From: Girardia tigrina
Lineage: Eukaryota
Assembly: GCA_001938485.1 (NCBI GenBank)
Contig: MQRK01224761.1
Location: 21,713-77,127 of the forward strand
Length of the DNA: 55,415 nucleotides
Direction: 5' to 3'
The translations under genes were made by a program, and so were the position numbers. Each line of letters begins with the position of its first letter. Positions within the stretch are counted from its first letter, which is position 1. Below, piece by piece: positions 26,363 through 39,600 of the stretch. Below the pieces are notes generated by a model, which was not told where the DNA came from, did no database searches, and saw only the letters and a list, made by a program, of their open reading frames with translations.

Positions 26363-26814
26363 AATACATTAAATGAATTACGTTTACTAAAATAAGAACA
26401 TTCATATATTTTTTTAAGAAAAAAAAAGAAAAACTGAAAACAGTATGCAAACTACTCAAAATTGAGTTCCTTAGATTGTAAAACAGTTTTGGCTTATTTT
26501 ACGGTCATTTACCCTAAAAGTCGTAATTTGACGATTATAAAAAAAACGTTTATTCAATACACAATGTATTGTGAAAAATAAACTATTTCATTCGACTAGT
26601 TTTTTTATAAACTGTTGATATTCAATAAAAATTTTAATAGAAAACATACCCAGGGTTATTCACTCAAATTCGAAAATTCACAAAATAATTTAATAATTTA
26701 AACAATTGAGAATCTATTTTTGACTTAATTGAATGTTGTAAAGCTCAAAGATCATGTTTGAGTAACTATAAAGATTATATAATTCGATAATAATGAACTT
26801 TTATCCAGAATTTC

Positions 26815-27029
26815 AAAAAGCGGACACATTTGTCCCCTCTGAAATGCAATCTGTTATATAAATATAATTTTTATTCGGTGTACTGCCTACACTTCACACT
26901 TGTTGCAATTGTACTCTATAGTATTAGGAGAAAAGTCAAAAATTTCAAGTCTTAAATACAAATTTTGTTTTCTGAGCACGCTTTTAAAAAATTGCATCGG
27001 ACACTTTTGTCCCTTTGAACACATACGGG
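26815..27029. mobile_element. piggyBac-like right end with subterminal repeats
   Basis: cggacacatttgtccc / cggacacttttgtccc repeats and terminus catacggg-TTAA. Confidence 0.5.
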
Positions 27030-27422
27030 TTAAAGCGCGACATCCTTAATGGACAGCTCCTAACAAGCAAAATAAAACTAACAAAAGTTACAATATAATC
27101 GAATTAAACTCAATTTTTCTAATTGTAAAACAAAATAAGCTCACCCTTGTAGACATATAACATCACATTTGTACCGTTAGCCCAAAATAATTCTATACAA
27201 TGACAACTATTTAAATGAAAATTATTTCAATATCAAAGAAAACTACCCACTTAATAAAAGAACATTATAATAACACGAAATGTATTTTGTTCCACAATAA
27301 GTTAATTTAATTTAATTTAAATTAATTAACAAACAAATTCGATTTTCGAAAATTTCAATTTGTTTTAGTATTCAAAATTGCGAATTTTTTGAATTTGTAA
27401 TAGAAATAAATTTGATAAAATT

Positions 27423-27631
27423 ATGTCAACGGATTCCAGCAGTACGAGTGACGATAAACCGAGTTGGAAATTCATAAAGACAAATAAATTTCTTGCTCTT
27501 TTACCGAATTGTGCGGAACACGAGCAATACGCCGATAAACTTTTGATCGATATCAAACGGAATTTTGTTGATTTAGTGAAAGACAAATTGTTCTATGAGA
27601 ATTTCAGTCACAATCTGAGAGCACTGCGACG
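27423..27631 (+). CDS. PSME4: PSME4 exon 1
   Basis: MSTDSS...KFLALLPNCAEHEQYADKLLIDIKRNF...LRALR, donor CG|GTTTGA in phase 2, matching exon 2. Confidence 0.8.
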
Positions 27632-30600
27632 GTTTGATAATATATTGATTATCGATTTTTATGAATTTTTTAATTGTTTTATTTATTTTGATTTTTTTGT
27701 AATTTAATACTTAAATTATTTTAAAAATTTTTTTAAAAATATTTTTTTGTTATTTTTTATTATAATTTATTATTATTGTTTTCTTTTTTAAATAGAAATA
27801 AATACAATTATGAAATATCAGTTGAAAAATGTGTAAAAAATTAACAAAAAAAAGTAAAATCTGAAAAAAATATTTTTAAAAAATTATTTAAAAATTTATA
27901 AATATTGAATGAAAAAAAATTGTTTTTTTAGAATTCAATTTAATCAATTATTTGAAAAATTTTAAAAATTATTAATAAAAAAAATTGAATTTTGTTTATT
28001 GTTGAAAAATACAGTTAAAATTTTCAAATATAAACTGAAAATTGAATAAAGGAAACGATTAATTAAACATTATAGACACTTAAAAAACAACAGAAACAAA
28101 TTTCTAATAAATCCGAAACAATAGAGACTCTTAAACAACTCGAATGAAGATAATGTACAAATAAGATTGTCCTAGATACTCTCAAACCGATGGTGACCAA
28201 TAACCAAATACACACAAGTAAATAAATAATAATATTATAGGAGTTCCCGTTCAAATTAATAAGTACATTTGTAAATTAATAAGTTCAAATTAATAAGTTT
28301 TGCAACCAGATGAATAATTATTGCAACCAATAAATAAATTTTGCAATTTTAAATCAATAAAAAATACTCATAACACATGGAACTTAAAAAAAATATCGTT
28401 TTATTTATTTATTTTTATCTTAATATAATTATCTAATTATAAATCTCAAAATTAAATTTATTATTTCCGCATAGTTATTTATTGATTACAGATTGATTTA
28501 CAGATTGTTCATTTCGTAAAAGGATATAGAATATAGAAAAAAATAAATTAAAAATGCTCACTAGTTTAACAAATAATGACATTTACCGGGAAAGGCACTA
28601 TTTATAAAAAAGGTTTCGAACATCTTTGATCATTATTAGTTATATAATTAGTTTAGTGGTAGTAGCAAATGCAATGCTAATATATACACCGCCCTACCAA
28701 AAGTCACCGACCACCGTTGTGTTCACAGTAATGAGAGATTATGAGAATTTTTAAACGAATGATATATTTACAAAAAATAGAATGTATAATATTAATGAAT
28801 TTTTAATTCTTTGTACAGTGTCCTTTGCATTTTATANNNNNNNNNNNNNNNNNNNNNNNNNNNNNNNNNNNNNNNNNNNNNNNNNNNNNNNNNNNNNNNN
28901 NNNNNNNNNNNNNNNNNNNNNNNNNNNNNNNNNNNNNNNNNNNNNNNNNNNNNNNNNNNNNNNNNNNNNNNNNNNNNNNNNNNNNNNNNNNNNNNNNNNN
29001 NNNNNNNNNNNNNNNNNNNNNNNNNNNNNNNNNNNNNNNNNNNNNNNNNNNNNNNNNNNNNNNNNNNNNNNNNNNNNNNNNNNNNNNNNNNNNNNNNNNN
29101 NNNNNNNNNNNNNNNNNNNNNNNNNNNNNNNNNNNNNNNNNNNNNNNNNNNNNNNNNNNNNNNNNNNNNNNNNNNNNNNNNNNNNNNNNNNNNNNNNNNN
29201 NNNNNNNNNNNNNNNNNNNNNNNNNNNNNNNNNNNNNNNNNNNNNNNNNNNNNNNNNNNNNNNNNNNNNNNNNNNNNNNNNNNNNNNNNNNNNNNNNNNN
29301 NNNNNNNNNNNNNNNNNNNNNNNNNNNNNNNNNNNNNNNNNNNNNNNNNNNNNNNNNNNNNNNNNNNNNNNNNNNNNNNNNNNNNNNNNNNNNNNNNNNN
29401 NNNNNNNNNNNNNNNNNNNNNNNNNNNNNNNNNNNNNNNNNNNNNNNNNNNNNNNNNNNNNNNNNNNNNNNNNNNNNNNNNNNNNNNNNNNNNNNNNNNN
29501 NNNNNNNNNNNNNNNNNNNNNNNNNNNNNNNNNNNNNNNNNNNNNNNNNNNNNNNNNNNNNNNNNNNNNNNNNNNNNNNNNNNNNNNNNNNNNNNNNNNN
29601 NNNNNNNNNNNNNNNNNNNNNNNNNNNNNNNNNNNNNNNNNNNNNNNNNNNNNNNNNNNNNNNNNNNNNNNNNNNNNNNNNNNNNNNNNNNNNNNNNNNT
29701 ATATATATATATATATATATATAAAGCCGCAAAAGTCTATTGAATAAGATTATCAAAATTCGTAAGAGAATCATTTTAAAGATTTTACCATTCAAAAATA
29801 ATTATACTTGTTTTAAATAAGGCAAACATATATCATCATGTTTTTTCCGGCGGTAAACGTAAAGGAGAGTCGTTAGTACTAAGGGTTTCTTTTAGAGATT
29901 ACAGGCTCTATTTCAAATATATTTCGGATTGTACGTTAATTTAGGATATTTTTTTAATCACTGATTGTGAGAAGTGATTGCAACATCAATTTCAGAATTC
30001 ATTTAAACTTAAATTATATCTTTTTTATAAAACAAATTTTTCAACTATTTTCTGAATTAATAATTAATCCGCCGATCTCTATTTTCAAATAATTTTTAAT
30101 TTTTTGACGGCATTTTTTTAAATTTTGATACGGAATTCGTTATTAATAATATAACAATTTACAAATGAGTAATATGTATTAAATGATTGTGAAAAATACA
30201 TATAAATAATGTTTTGTGTATAAAAATTTTTGAATCTGTCACGAAAAGCGTTACGTACACAAATGAAAATAAATAGATTTGAAATAATATAAATATTATT
30301 TTTCAGAAATCTCCTCTTGAGTTTTTTATCATTATTATTTTCTGTTTTCTTAGATGACTCGTTAGATGACTTGTTCCTTGACCATTTTCGACTTCTATTT
30401 AATTTTACAAACATTTTTGAAAAACTTTTTCGATTGTTTACCCATTGGATCTGAAAAGCCTAAAGAGGAAAACAATGTATTGTTTGTTAAAATAGTAAAA
30501 AAATATCAAATGTTTTACTTGCAAAAATAACATTGTATATGTGAACAATGTTTATTAAAAATTCTCAATAAAGCTTCGACTACAATGTCGAAAATTTATT

Positions 30601-33600
30601 ATATTAAATCAAGAGTCGCTTAAGGGAATTCATGTCGAAATTTATTGTTGTTGTATCTTTCTTTCTGTTTGATTTAAACAAAAAAATCGTACTCTAATCA
30701 ATGAAAGTACGTCAGTATTTCTGCTAAAATAGTTTAAAAAATTATTAGATATGAAGATCTATAATAAATAATTATAGTTGTTTATATGTTTTCGGCATCA
30801 TTATAAAGGAGATTCTTTGGAATAAAAAAGAAGACTTTACAGTCTGTATATTATAAGACTGTATATTATAAAGTAATTAACGATGTAAGGTGCAAATATT
30901 TATTATAATGATAAGTTTATACCAACGGAGGATCTCCAAAATCTTTTAGCATGTTTAGAGAACGATACCATAAAAAGGTTAAGAATCGTTTATTGAAAAT
31001 AAATTAAGACTTTAAGACTCAGATGTTTCTTGGTTTAGATTAATTCACAATTTTGTTATATGGTGGTGTAATGTTTTTAGAAACATGCAGAAGATTGAGC
31101 TGGCAAATGAGAATATCAATGACTAATAGCAGCGATAGATGATTCAATTTTAGTTACGTTATTTTTAAAAATGAACTTATTATTTTTAAATCAATCCAAT
31201 CACATTAGATTTCTAAAAGGCCAATTTTTATTTAGAAAAGTCATTAAGTGGTCCTTTGAACTGATCCAAAAATTAAAAACTTATATTTTTTTATCAAGCT
31301 ACATCAATAGAAATTTCAATTATTAAAAGTTAATAACCAATTTCATTACCTACTATTAAAATTAGTGCGTTTTTAACGCTATAACTATCGACATAAAGTT
31401 TATATTTAGCTTAATTTATCCTATTATTGGAATTCAAGTGCTTAAAAAGAAAATAAAAATTTAATTTATATGAAAATTTCTCATAAAATTAGAAAGCAAT
31501 ACTTACATAGTTATTCTGAAATAACCAAGTACGAAAACGCGCAATCCTTCATTTCAACGGATTGGTATTTCTTATGTTAAATATGCAAAATCATAACAAT
31601 GAAATCTATGTAAATTTTAATCAAGTTACTCAAAGTTTACTATTGAAAAAATAAAATTAATTTTATATTTCACTTTTTTCTGACGATATATGAATGACTC
31701 CATATTGATAGGTTTATACACACCATTTTAATGTAAATACACTTCAGTACTCCTTGGAACAGGACATTTTGTCTTTTTATGTCTCAACTGATTAAAGAAG
31801 AACAATTTTATTGACAAAAATAAACATCGATACAACTAAAAGATCAGGTTTTTTTAAATTATTTTTTTGGTCACGACAGTAAAGATTATCGATATTTGCA
31901 TTGTGAGAAGTATTTGTGACGTCAATATCAGAATTCATTTTAACTCAAATTATATCTTTTAAACAACTTTTAAACAAATTTTCCAATTATTTCCTTAATT
32001 AATCCGCTGATCTCTATTTTCACATAATTTTTCATCAATTTATATTATACATAATAAAAATATCGATGTAATAAAAATAACTGACGAAATAAAATAAGAA
32101 TACCTAATCCATGAATATATGTTCAAAATTATACAAATCTATGCATTATTTTCTCTTGTAAAAGGTTTTTGTAATATGTTATGACTTTTTTGTCAGTATG
32201 AGTTAAGGTTGGGGAATATCGATGTTGATCCCAATAACTAATTTGAAAGTGTATTCGGTGTCAACTTTTAAAAAAATATTATCAAAATTTGCTTATAGAT
32301 ATAATTATATGATAATTTTATTTAAGAATATTACAAAATAGAAAAGTATAAATACAAATCAAAATCTATATATTACATAATACAAATTAAAATATTTTAA
32401 TCGAAAAAGTAATTCAAACTTAAAATTTATTAATATTTTATTTTCTCTACTTTTATTCGTAAAAGAAAATGTAATAATCTTACATAACGGTAATCATTGT
32501 AATAATACTTAATACTGTATGTGTATTTGAAAACATAAAACAAATATTAATCTTTTCAAGGAAGATACAACTTTAAAGATTAAGTAGTTATTATTTAATT
32601 ATTTTCGCATTTCGAATTAATAAACAGACTTGTGACTTTGTCGCTAAAAAGAGTCATGCTCGAACATAAGGGCATCGGTTGTTAGTTGAAAGAGGATGAA
32701 ATATGATTTAATAAAATTTTACCATTTATTCTTTCCACAAATGTAAGTGATTCAAACTTAAACGAATCTTTGAACAAAGTCAATTGAAAGTTCTGATAGA
32801 TTTGTTTTGTGTTTCTTCACTCATTCGGTCAACTAGAAATATTTATTAATCAAATATTCAGTTTAATAATTGAGAAAGTTCCAATACTAAAAAGTATGAT
32901 GTTAAAGGAAATCTTATTGTAATAATAATAATGTTTATCTATTGATCATGATTATTTCAATAATTTTTTAAAAGAAAATATCTCTTTAATAAAATTGAAT
33001 GATCTTTTCTTTAATAATTATTTCTGATTTATCTTATTATATTTGCTTTTTTCTTAATGTAATATTTAAAAAAATTTGTGGGACAATTATATTTGAATGC
33101 AAATCAGTTACTATTTTTTGTATTCAATATTTGTGAATATTTCGAGTATAAAAATATTACTATATTTTTTGTTTCTTTAATTTTTTGAACCAATTTTTTT
33201 ACAAAGCTTTTGAATATTGAAGAAGCAATGCCGGATGTAGGAAATGGAATTTACTTGAGTTTTTACTACGAAACATAAATATTTGAGAATTATGATTACA
33301 ATAATGTTTTATTTTAAATTTTAAGACTAAACAAAATATTTATTTATGTATTTGGTTGTATTACTCATTTGTATTTTTTTATAAATCTTGAGTGAAATTT
33401 TAAATAATTAAATACAGGGTTATCATAAAGTAACTAGAGTTTTAAAACCACTTTAATATTTCGTAGAAATAGTGGAAAACACAAAACAAATTGAAAAATG
33501 TATTCAGTTATATTTCGGATNNNNNNNNNNNNNNNNNNNNNNNNNNNNNNNNNNNNNNNNNNNNNNNNNNNNNNNNNNNNNNNNNNNNNNNNNNNNNNNN

Positions 33601-36600
33601 NNNNNNNNNNNNNNNNNNNNNNNNNNNNNNNNNNNNNNNNNNNNNNNNNNNNNNNNNNNNNNNNNNNNNNNNNNNNNNNNNNNNNNNNNNNNNNNNNNNN
33701 NNNNNNNNNNNNNNNNNNNNNNNNNNNNNNNNNNNNNNNNNNNNNNNNNNNNNNNNNNNNNNNNNNNNNNNNNNNNNNNNNNNNNNNNNNNNNNNNNNNN
33801 NNNNNNNNNNNNNNNNNNNNNNNNNNNNNNNNNNNNNNNNNNNNNNNNNNNNNNNNNNNNNNNNNNNNNNNNNNNNNNNNNNNNNNNNNNNNNNNNNNNN
33901 NNNNNNNNNNNNNNNNNNNNNNNNNNNNNNNNNNNNNNNNNNNNNNNNNNNNNNNNNNNNNNNNNNNNNNNNNNNNNNNNNNNNNNNNNNNNNNNNNNNN
34001 NNNNNNNNNNNNNNNNNNNNNNNNNNNNNNNNNNNNNNNNNNNNNNNNNNNNNNNNNNNNNNNNNNNNNNNNNNNNNNNNNNNNNNNNNNNNNNNNNNNN
34101 NNNNNNNNNNNNNNNNNNNNNNNNNNNNNNNNNNNNNNNNNNNNNNNNNNNNNNNNNNNNNNNNNNNNNNNNNNNNNNNNNNNNNNTAAAGGAGAACATT
34201 TCGTCATTCATCAGTAATATACCTCAAGATATGCTACAGGCAGCAAGTGCTTCCCTGGTGGCCAGGGCTCAGCTTTGTCTTGAAAATAATGGTGGACACA
34301 TAAATCCGAAATATAACTGAATACATTTTTCAATTTGTTTTGTGTTTTCCACTATTTCTACGAAATATTAAAGTGGTTTTAAAACTCTAGTTACTTTATG
34401 ATAACCCTGTACAATCTTTTTATTAACGGTGATATATTGTGATACCCTGAATATAAATCACTCCACTTACATTTAAGTTTTATCAGAAAAGTTATCAAAT
34501 ATATTTATTTATCAATTAACAAATACTTTTTTTAGACTTATAGTTTGTAGGCGTAACCTTAAGTCATAAGTTTCAACGAATTTTACAGTAATTTTCTTTT
34601 GGTAACCAAGATACAAGATTTTCATTGTGTTTTGAGATTGTCCAATCGCTTTTTGATATAGAAAAGTGTTTTCAATGGACTAGAAAATGCAGACCCCTAA
34701 TTAAAAAAAATTATTGCATGCAAAATGTAGTATTTGTTAAATATAAAGTGAAAAAAAGAAGAGATATTTTATTGTAATTTGTAAACATTTAATATAAATA
34801 ATATGAACGAAATAATCATAGAATATACTTAACAATTATTTTAGCAGCCAAAGTAATATTAGAAATTCATAAGATTTTTGAAGTAAAATGATTGTTTAGA
34901 GAGAACCTGAGTTGCCCAAAGAGAACTACCGTACTGATCTTAGGGCTGGATACATTTTTAAAAAGATTTTATCATATTTGTAACATGTCAAAGGTATTAT
35001 GATCAGTGTTTTCATCGTATAATTCAAATTATCAGATTTATTGCCAATAACGAACAAGTACGTTTTCTCCAAAATTTTATTATTGTCAAAGCTATCAAAT
35101 CTTTCTTTCAGTACAAATCTCTGATTTAGAGAAATAACAATAAAAAATGCTATCGTTGATGAATGGTATTATCGCCTTCATGAATAAATCACATATCTCG
35201 TTCATCAAACAAAACACGGAAAAAAATTTTAAATGCCTCGTTTCAATTCTTTTCATTCAGTAAATTCAACTCGTATATAATAATAACTCGTACAAATTTC
35301 AAAATCAGCAATTTCATTTTTATCAATCGATAAAATTAATCGTTTTCTTTAGAGCAGTAAAATCGAAATCACATCAAATAAGTATAATCATACCAAAAAA
35401 AATTTGGTGTACAAGCTTTTATAATTTGTCATATGTTTGCGGTTCTGTATCTATTTCACCCACTTCCAACATTTTTTGACTGAATTATCAAAGCCTACTA
35501 GGCGAAAACCCGCTTTCTATTTGCATTTAGATGTAGCAAATTTCAAAGTCTACTACTGAGGAAAACATGAGAACGACACTTTAATTACTTTTTTGCGGCC
35601 AAACTAAAGGCGGTAGATGAGCAGTGACAGTGGGAAAGTGTATTGTCACCTAGAATACATCACTCCTGAAAGTTTCATGTCGCTAGGTGAACAGGAAGTG
35701 GATGAATTTTCGATCGCAAGATTTGATGCATCCAGACAGACAAATAAACAAATGAAACGTAATAAAAGCTTGTAAAAAGTCAACAAAATCTGATTGATAT
35801 TGTCTCTTGACTCACAACTCTCTCTGATTGGTGAGCCAACCAGGGCGACTAACTAATTTTCTGTCCAAATAAGCACGAATACTGGGCAATACACTTGCAT
35901 GATGACTTGGGAAATCAATACACCAAATCTGAACAAAGTCTGTTCAGGTTTGAATTCAAACCAAATTTTTATAATAATAATTTTAAAATATTTTTATATA
36001 CACAGATAACTGTCTATAAATCAAAGCAAGCAGAAATAATTCAGTGATTTTTTAAAATAATGAAAAAGATTAATTCTTGATCGTTCGAAGAGAATGACAT
36101 CAATATAAATATTAATAAAAAATTAAAATATAATAAAATGCTTTCGAATTTTTGAAACAGCTTCTTTTTTATGTATTATCACAATTTAAAATTAATTTAG
36201 TCTTATAAAAATGAGGTTGGACAAATTAAATAAACTGTTTTATTCACTTTAATTTAATTTATTAAGGTTTTGTAAAAGTTTCCAGGAATTTCTAATGCAT
36301 TTTTTAACCAACACAACAAATAAGCATTAACATGGAATGTAAAGACCCATCGTTTTAAATTGATTGGACATATCTTCTCGATTTCTCTATTTCATGATCA
36401 AATCAAACCTTGTGTAATCCATTTTCGAAATTCCTTAACCTTCTTAAACTGATGTCCTCTTAAAATGTAAGTCATCCACCGGATCAAATGACCCCTTTCA
36501 TTTTACCTGTTCGTAACACGAAGGAGCTTTTATTGAATGACATTCAGAAACAATTATAAAGTGCAATACTATAAAATTTCATGAAACTCATAGGTTAGTT

Positions 36601-39600
36601 TCATTTTGGTTTGTCTTACATCAACAATTGATTATCTTTATAGGGATTGCCTTAATAAATCCATTTTTAATTCCATTTTTTCTAAAATTGGACACTTTAG
36701 ATTGGAAAGGATTTACATTTGAAGTTGAGTTTGCACTGGAGTCAATTCTAGTGGGATTTTTGACAGCAGATATTAAGGAGCCAAAGTTGTTGGAAATGTT
36801 AATAAATGGTGAAATAATGGGGGCTAAGTTCTACTGACAATCGGCATGTACTGATAGCTGTTTGGTTTTTCATTGCTTGTATCGGTGGCTCACTGAATAC
36901 TGTGAAGAGGCTCCCGGAAGAGGGTTTGTCTTCGAGACTTTTGTCACTTGCATTGAAGTGCTTGTATCATGTTGCTGCTGTAATCTTATTACACCATTAA
37001 CTTTCCATTGTAAACATTTCCTCATCTGCCGTTGTTGTACTAAATACTTTTTTCTTAATATGATGCAGAAGAATTCAAATTGTAATTTTTAGCACTTTTT
37101 TTCATTTGAAAAGGTGCTTTTGTATTCAGTTTTATCGTATATATTTGTTTAATACACCTCTTTATGGTTACCAGACGCTTTTAAGTCCCCTTAAACTATA
37201 TTTTTTGGATATGGCTCGGTTATCCTGATTTAGATCCATATAGTAATCCAAAGTCACCAAAGGTCTTTGAAGGCCAAATATCTAATTTTCACAATTTTAC
37301 TTTCGGAAACTCATATATAGTGTTGGATCTTAGTTACTAATGTAGGCCCATGGCCAGACAAGGTCACTCAAGCTAATCCAAAATCAAATGTAACAATAAA
37401 TGATTAGAAAGTAGAACGGTATAAGGAGAAGAGTATAAGTAATTGTATAAATATCAATAATGATATCAATAATGGCACACAGACTGTCTTCGACTGCCAT
37501 TGTTACCTACACACTTTGATATTTTGAAATACTGAAATCTAATTTCAGTTCAATAAGCTGTCTATATCCAAGTGTAGGATGATTTTTTTCAGGCATAAGT
37601 TGACTTCGAACTTCCCCTGATTACGGAGTAGGTGTATGGTTGAATTTTGTCTTACTTTCTCCAAACGCATACATTTTTTTACTCATAAGATTTTTTTTGA
37701 ATATTAACAAAGCTTTCCCTACTTTTGAGAAAAAATTGTAAAAATTGGAATACATTATTATATTTTATATGATTTTTAATAATTTTCAAAATATTTTCCT
37801 TTAATTTCTCCAATATATTAAAATAAATCAATAAGTATTAATTAAATTATTAAAATTATTTTTTATATAATTTTGTTTATATTTTTCAAATTTTTAATGT
37901 ATTTTTCAAATTATTATTTTTAATTTTGATTATTTTCTCAAATATTTTCTATGAAATAAATTATAAATATTTGAAATATTTATTTTTTTTTCTAAAAATA
38001 ATTGAAAAATAGCATAAATTAATATATTTCTTGTTTGATTTTTACTATTTTTTAATTTTATAAAATAATAAAAATAAGTTATAAACAATGAAAATTAGTT
38101 TAGTAATTCTAATTCTTTATTTTTCGTCAAGTAATTTTTATATAATTATTTTGTTTATATATTACGTTTTTTCTAAATTATTTTCTTTATTTTAAAATTA
38201 TTTTCATACTCAATAACCTAATATTAAAAATAAAAAATACTTTAATTTTCATTGTCATCGATTTCTTTAAATTTTAAATGTTATTGTTTTTTTGTGTCAA
38301 TTTCATTGGAAAAATATTCTTTCAGGTACATTAAAACGTATTCTCTCAGATTCACTAAAGACGATTATATATCTTTTATTAAACTTTTATACGGAGTACT
38401 TATTCAAAAAGACATCGATGTAATGACAACATTAAATGTCATAACAGAACTTAAATCTCTCTTCAGGTATATTTGCTAAACTGTTACAAAACGTGTATGA
38501 ATACTTATTTTAATATAGAAAATCCGGTCTTTTAGGACGAGATGATTTGATAATAGATTGGAAATCCTTGTATGATATTTGGTATCATTTCACTCATAGT
38601 TCTGTTGCACATAATGGAATAATATTTACACCTAAGTAATAAAAATTAAAAGAATAACAAAGTAATTTTCGTGTTACTCATTTTTAGACCTATAAAAGAA
38701 TCTTTGGTTGATGTTATTCGGTCACTATCCAAGTTAATTCTCATTTTAGTTTCATATAACATTTCTGGGAACATGCATGTTTTAGATTTTTCAGTAGCGA
38801 TTCAACGGAACAGATTTGGATGTTAGCTAGGCCATACTTACATTACCCATACCCCATGGAAGCGAATAAACACAACGGTTTAAAAATATTGAAAATCTTT
38901 CTTCCATTTTACTACAACAATGAGAAACCATTTTTGTAGGATTTTGTATGAAAAAAAGAAATTATTAATTTTTGATATTTAGTGAATTAATTTGGCCGCA
39001 TTTGATTGAAATGCTTGATATACCAACTTGGATGTCCGGTTGTGAAAATGTAATTACTTGATATTTTGAGTTTATTTCCTCAATTGTTGTGTGTGTTACA
39101 AAATAGGATCTCATGGTCTTGTTGAGTAGATCAGCAGCGACTTTTGTTGGCAAAATTGATTGGACTCCTTATCTTGATAGGTTTTTCACCTCTCTTCTTT
39201 GGAGCCTAAAGATAAAAGTTGCGGGATGTAGTAAAAGAAATAAGTTTAACAATTGTAAAGCCTATGTTGATATTCTGATATATTCGATATATGGGGACGA
39301 AAGTTGTCAGACAATTGAGAAATTCCGACAGTTATTTCAGGTCAGAAAAATAATTTTAATTTCTATTTTAATATTTTTTCAAACATCGTTTTTGTATTAT
39401 TTATACTTTGATTATATAATATTATTATTTAATTGTTTCAATTATAATTTGATTTATGTCTAATTTTAACCCTTCCCAGCCCATTCTTGCCATATGGCAA
39501 CATATTAAAAAAAAATTAAATTACAGTTATCTCTTTTACCCAATTTAAATTTTACATAGTAATAGTATCTAAAAAGTTTAATAGATGACACTAAATATAA

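Noticed and set aside
27035-27300. Possible divergent minus-strand spliced transcript head-to-head with PSME4 (donor gtgagc ~27144)
   Set aside because: Splice-like signals exist but the joined frame stops within a few codons; no homology recognised.
28782-29795. Long ORFs of 230-330 aa in the track (also 17533-17919, 33434-34320, 49988-50959)
   Set aside because: Made almost wholly of X from N gaps; artefacts.
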